Notes under the pieces: model-generated
The model's input: the letters and a program-made list of their open reading frames with translations, nothing else
Told to the model about the DNA's origin: nothing
The model's database searches: none
DNA from: Actinomycetota bacterium
Lineage (GTDB): Bacteria > Actinomycetota > Actinomycetes > Streptosporangiales > Streptosporangiaceae
Direction of reading: 5' to 3'
Length of the DNA: 64,000 bases
Assembly (NCBI GenBank): GCA_003168255.1
Contig: PMSU01000071.1
Location: forward strand, 4,601 to 68,600
Shown: positions 59,970-64,000 of the stretch, one piece after another
How the letters are laid out: each line of letters starts with the position of its first letter
Numbering within the stretch: position 1 is the stretch's first letter
Translations under genes and position numbers: made by a program

Positions 59970-60957
59970 CAGCTACCCCGTTCCTCGCCGAGTGGGCTGG
60001 GCAGCCCGCACCGATTCGCTGCCGTAGGCCAGCCGGACCCATGCCTGCCCGGCGCGGGCATGCTTGCGCACGTTGGCGAGCGCCTCCTGGCACACCCGCA
60101 GCAGCACTACTTCGGCGCTTGCGGGCAGCGACCGCACGTCGCCGCTGACCTCGAACGTGGCCGCCAGTTCGTGCTCGGCCCCGGCCCGCTCGGCCAGCCT
60201 GCGCAGCGCTTGGTCAAGGCTGCCCGATACCAGGTGCGCCGGGATCAGCGCGGCGACCAGCCCCCTGGCCTCGGCCAGGTTCTCCCGCGCGGTCCTGGCC
60301 GCAATGCCCAGGTAGCGGCGTACGGCATCCTCGTCCCCGCCCGATCTCCGGCTCTGCCGCCTGGATCAGCATCACGATGCTGGTGAAGCCCTGCGCGATC
60401 GTGTCGTGGATCTCGCTGGCCAGCCGCTGCCGCTCGGCCAGCACGCCCGCCTCCCGGTTCACCGCGGCCAGTTCCGCCTGGGTCGCCTCAAGCTGCTCGA
60501 TGAGCGCCGCCCGGTCCTTGCTCTCGTTGATGATGCCGGAGATCCAGCTGCCGAACACGACAGAGAACGCGATGCTCAGCGCCGCGACGCCGACCGCATC
60601 GGTCAGCACCTGCCCGCGGGAAGCGCCGGTGACCACGAGCGCTGGCACCGCGACGGGAATCGCGTTGAAGGCCACGACGAAAGCGACGGCACGGCGGACC
60701 GACGATGGAGCCAGGAAGCACTGCCCCGTGGCCAGGATTCCCCGCCCGTAGGCGACGTACCAGCAGCCCATGGCCAGCAGCGCCAGGCTGCCGACCACCT
60801 TTGCCGCAGCCGAGGCGCCGGTGTCGGTCTGCACGATCGCCAGCGTGACCGCCAGCACCACCGCGTAGTACGCATTCCAGAAGACGGCACCACGATCCCA
60901 GGCGTGGCCCCGCGTCCCGGCCACGCCTGCCGGTCCGGCCGGCGGGCTCGGCGTCAT
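59970..60957 (-). pseudogene. Degraded NarQ/DesK-type sensor histidine kinase
   Basis: ERQRLASEIHDTIAQG H-box; frameshift near 60335; QEALANVRKHA N-box in another frame; G-boxes deleted; no response regulator follows. Confidence 0.8.
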
Positions 60958-62199
60958 CGTGCCTCGTCGCGGCCCTGCCAGCGGAACGTTCTTACGCACA
61001 CCACCAAGCTAACGACTACCCACGCCCCGAGCACCAGGGCTATCTGGCCGCGCTGCCACGAATGCGTCGGCTCGACCGCCAGCAGGCTGTCCGGCAGGAA
61101 GACCGAACGCAGCCCCTGGCACAGCCACTTCAGCGGAAAGACCGCGGCCACGTCCTGCACGGCCCTGGGCAGGCTGCCGTATACGAAGTACACCCCGGAA
61201 ATGAACGAGAGCACCAGGTAGGGGAACTGGAACACGGCGGCGGCGCTCTGCCCGCTGCCCGCGATGCCGCTGACCGCCACACCGAGCAGCGAGAAGGCCG
61301 CCACGCTAAGCACGAACAGCCAGGCCAGCGTGAACCACCTGGTGGCCGTGTCCGGCAGGCTCAGGCCGAGGAACGCGACGCCGATCGCCAGCAGGATGGC
61401 GGTCTCGCCGCCGTAGCGCTGTGCGAGCTCGGCGATCACCCGGGCCGGCGTGTCGGTTCTCGTGCTGTGCCTGCCGCCCTCGGCTTGCCAGCACACCGTC
61501 GCCGTCGCCTTGTCCCGGCCGCCCAGCTCGGCCGGGGTCCCGGCCGCCCGGATCCGGCCGTCGGCGATCACCACCACCCGGTCGGCGAGCGCCTCGGCCT
61601 CGTCCAGGTAGTGCGTCGTCAGCATGATCGTGGTGCCGTCGTGCGAGAGCCCCGAGATCAGCTTCCAGAACTGCCGCCTGGCCTCCGGATCGAAGCCGGT
61701 GGTCGGCTCGTCAAGGAAGAGCAGCTCGGGGCGGCCCACGACGCCGAGCGCCACGTCCAGCCTGCGGCGCTGGCCGCCGGAGAGCTGCCGCAGCCTCGCC
61801 CCGCTTTCTCGGTGAGGCCGACGGCCGCAAGGATCTCGTCGGGGTCGCGGCGCCGCGGGTAGCACGAGGCGTAGTGACTGATCATCTCGTGCACGGTGAG
61901 CTCGCCGGACTCGGTCCCCGATTGGAGCACGATCCCGATCCGCGCTCGCCATTCCCGCCCGGCGCGCCCGCCGCGTTCGGCCCGCGCCGGATCCGAGCCG
62001 AGCAGCTCACCTCGCCCGCGTCTCGGCTCCGATAGCCCTCGCAGATCTCGACGGTGGTCGTCTTGCCGGCGCCGTTCGGGCCGAGTAGGGCGAACACCTC
62101 CCCGCGGTGTACGTCCAGGTCAATGCCATCAACGGCGGTCAAATCGCCGTATCGTTTGCGTAGCCCGCGCACCCGCAAGGCCGCCTGTGTTTGTGCCAT
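60954..62199 (-). pseudogene. Degraded ABC-2 ATPase fused by deletion to a permease C-terminus
   Basis: GPNGAGKTT, LQS..E.ELTV and LSGGQRRR/LDEPTTG lie in different frames; abrupt join to a permease tail near 61405. Confidence 0.8.
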
Positions 62200-62257
62200 G
62201 GCCTGATCGTCTCGCCGCGGCAGCAGGCGGCGCGCCGGCGGAACGGTCATGATCGGT

Positions 62258-62275
62258 GTCAGCCGTTCGGTTGAC
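62258..62275. promoter_or_regulatory. Possible NarL-type response regulator site
   Basis: GTCAGCCG-TT-CGGTTGAC imperfect palindrome upstream of the ABC/kinase module. Confidence 0.45.
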
Positions 62276-62369
62276 GCCGCGAGCGGAGGCGGCCTCTTCG
62301 ATGCGAACGCGCCACGTAGTCTGGGGGGGTTGCAGGATTGATGTGACTCCAGGTGAGGAGGTGTCAGGC

Positions 62370-63359
62370 GTGCTGTCCGATTCGTACGGCCGGATTGCGA
62401 CCGACCTCCGCGTCTCCCTGACCGACCGGTGCAATCTGCGCTGCACCTACTGCATGCCGGCCGAGGGTCTGGACTGGCTGCCGAAGGCGGACCAGCTCAC
62501 CGACGCCGAGGTGACCCGGCTAATCGGGGTCGGGGTCGAACGGCTCGGCATCCGCGAGGTCCGCTTCACCGGCGGCGAGCCGCTGCTGCGCCGCGGCCTT
62601 GTCGGCATCGTCGAGCGCACGGCCCGGTTCGCGCCGCGTCCCGAGATTTCGCTGACCACCAACGCGATCGGCCTGGCGCGGCTGGCCCAGCCGCTGCGGC
62701 AGGCCGGCCTGGACCGGGTGAACGTGTCCCTGGACACGCTGCGCCCCGACACGTTCCGCGAGCTGTCGCACCGGGACAGGCTGCCCGACGTGCTGGCCGG
62801 CCTGGCCGGGGCGGCCGCGACCGGGATCACGCCGGTCAAGGTCAACGCCGTGCTGATGCGCGGCATCAACTCCGACGAAGCACCGGCGCTGCTCCGGTAC
62901 TGCCTGGAGCACTCCTACGAGCTACGGTTCATCGAGCAGATGCCGCTCGACGCCCAGCATGGCTGGCGGCGCGAGAATATGGTGACCGCCGAGGAGATCC
63001 TCGCCGATCTGTCCGCCGAGTTCGTCTTGAAGCCCGATGACCCCGCCGCGCGGGGTTCGGCGCCGGCTGAGGCGTTCCTCGTTGACGGCGGCCCCGAGCG
63101 AGTGGGGATCATCGGCTCGGTGACCCGTCCGTTCTGCGGCTCGTGCGACCGGGTACGGCTGACCGCGGATGGCCAGGTGCGCAACTGCCTGTTCGCCCGG
63201 ACGGAGAGTGACCTGCGTGCCCCGATGCGGGCAGGCGCCAGTGATGCCGAGCTTGCCGAGCTGTGGCGGCTGGCCGTCGCCGCCAAGCTGCCCGGGCACG
63301 GCATCGACGACCCGTCGTTCCTCCAGCCAGACCGGCCGATGTCCGCCATCGGCGGCTGA
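62370..63359 (+). CDS. moaA: GTP 3',8-cyclase
   Basis: LRVSLTDRCNLRCTYCMP, TGGEP, FCGSCDRVRLT and MSAIGG C-terminus. Confidence 0.96.
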   Translation: MLSDSYGRIATDLRVSLTDRCNLRCTYCMPAEGLDWLPKADQLTDAEVTRLIGVGVERLGIREVRFTGGEPLLRRGLVGIVERTARFAPRPEISLTTNAIGLARLAQPLRQAGLDRVNVSLDTLRPDTFRELSHRDRLPDVLAGLAGAAATGITPVKVNAVLMRGINSDEAPALLRYCLEHSYELRFIEQMPLDAQHGWRRENMVTAEEILADLSAEFVLKPDDPAARGSAPAEAFLVDGGPERVGIIGSVTRPFCGSCDRVRLTADGQVRNCLFARTESDLRAPMRAGASDAELAELWRLAVAAKLPGHGIDDPSFLQPDRPMSAIGG

Positions 63360-63394
63360 GCCGGTTGCACCACCCGGCGGGTCGCGCCGAGCCT

Positions 63395-63590
63395 GGCGCC
63401 GGCTCACCGGGCGCGAGTCGGGCTGTGCACCGTTCGGAGGGTGGCGGCGCTGGCTCATGGCGTGATGTCCAGGCAATGCGCCGTTCGGAGGGCGGCGGCG
63501 TCGGTTCATCGCGCGATGTCCAGGCAATGCGCCGTTCGGAGGGCTCCGGCGTCGGCTCATGGCGCGCGAGTGGGGGAGTGCACCGTTCGG
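63395..63590. repeat. 51-bp tandem repeat (about 3.5 degenerate copies)
   Basis: CCGTTCGGA recurs at 51-bp spacing (63430, 63481, 63532, 63583). Confidence 0.85.
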
Positions 63591-64000
63591 AAAATTCTGG
63601 TCTTGTCGATGCGATTGTCCTAGCCGGGGGCCGCGGGGCGCGGCTAGGTGGCGCTGACAAGCCAGCGCTGCTGGTGGGGGAGTGCAGCATGGTTGCGTCG
63701 GTCGTGTCGGCCGCGTCGGCCGCAGGGGCACGGCGAGTGGTCGTGGTCGGCCCGCCCCGGCCGGAGCTCGCGCTCACGGCCGGCGACCTGCGGGTGGTAC
63801 GCGAGGACCCGCCGGGATCGGGGCCGGTGCCTGCCGTGCGTACGGGCCTGGCTGAGGTCAGCGCTCCGTGGGTCCTCGTGCTCGCCGCCGACCTGCCGTT
63901 TGTGCGGGCCACGCACCTGGGTGCCCTGCTGACCGCCGCCCAGGCCGTTGGCTCGTCTGGCCCGGCGGGCCTGGACGCTGGCTCGGCGGGCCTGGACGCT
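63578..64000 (+). CDS. mobA: Molybdenum cofactor guanylyltransferase, partial (runs off the right edge)
   Basis: DAIVLAGGRGARLGGADK, REDPPGSGPVPA and LAADLPF; the start may lie further upstream in the same frame. Confidence 0.88.
   Translation, partial: MHRSENSGLVDAIVLAGGRGARLGGADKPALLVGECSMVASVVSAASAAGARRVVVVGPPRPELALTAGDLRVVREDPPGSGPVPAVRTGLAEVSAPWVLVLAADLPFVRATHLGALLTAAQAVGSSGPAGLDAGSAGLDA

Noticed and set aside
57664..62250. Genomic island integrated at tRNA-Sec
   Set aside because: No integrase and no duplicated tRNA 3' end were seen; base composition looks like the rest of the window.
63395..63590. Possible CRISPR array
   Set aside because: The units are contiguous degenerate tandem copies without unique spacers, keep the reading frame, and no cas genes are present.

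Overview
High-GC actinobacterial chromosome segment; gene content suggests a Streptosporangiales-like soil actinomycete (inference). From left to right: the start of a PAS-domain gene at the left edge; a GlnA4/PuuA-type gamma-glutamylation catabolic operon with a divergent FadR regulator; a decayed NHL-repeat gene; a PadR-SGNH pair; an ECF sigma/anti-sigma/ABC operon; a glmS copy; the complete actinobacterial suf operon (sufR-B-D-Rieske-C-S-U-T); SseB, acVLRF1, ABC-F and a Gbn/SCO1839-like nucleoid protein; a sulfotransferase-secA2 pair; a GH15; a NitT/TauT ABC importer; a selenocysteine formate dehydrogenase locus (fdhD, alpha subunit with in-frame UGA at 45410 plus SECIS, beta subunit, NrfD-like anchor, selA, selB, tRNA-Sec, no selD seen); a DUF1906 secreted protein; a decayed ABC/sensor-kinase module; moaA; and a partial mobA. 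Most genes belong to known families, and I saw no CRISPR array, integrase or transposase. The least-explained signals are: two 40-bp perfect palindromes 19 kb apart with the same layout and five fully compensatory base-pair changes; a structured 500-bp intergenic region carrying a candidate 19-aa small ORF; a leaderless micro-uORF plus hairpin upstream of the ABC-F; and a Cys-motif sulfotransferase-like gene directly upstream of secA2. All calls come from reading the sequence; no searches were run.
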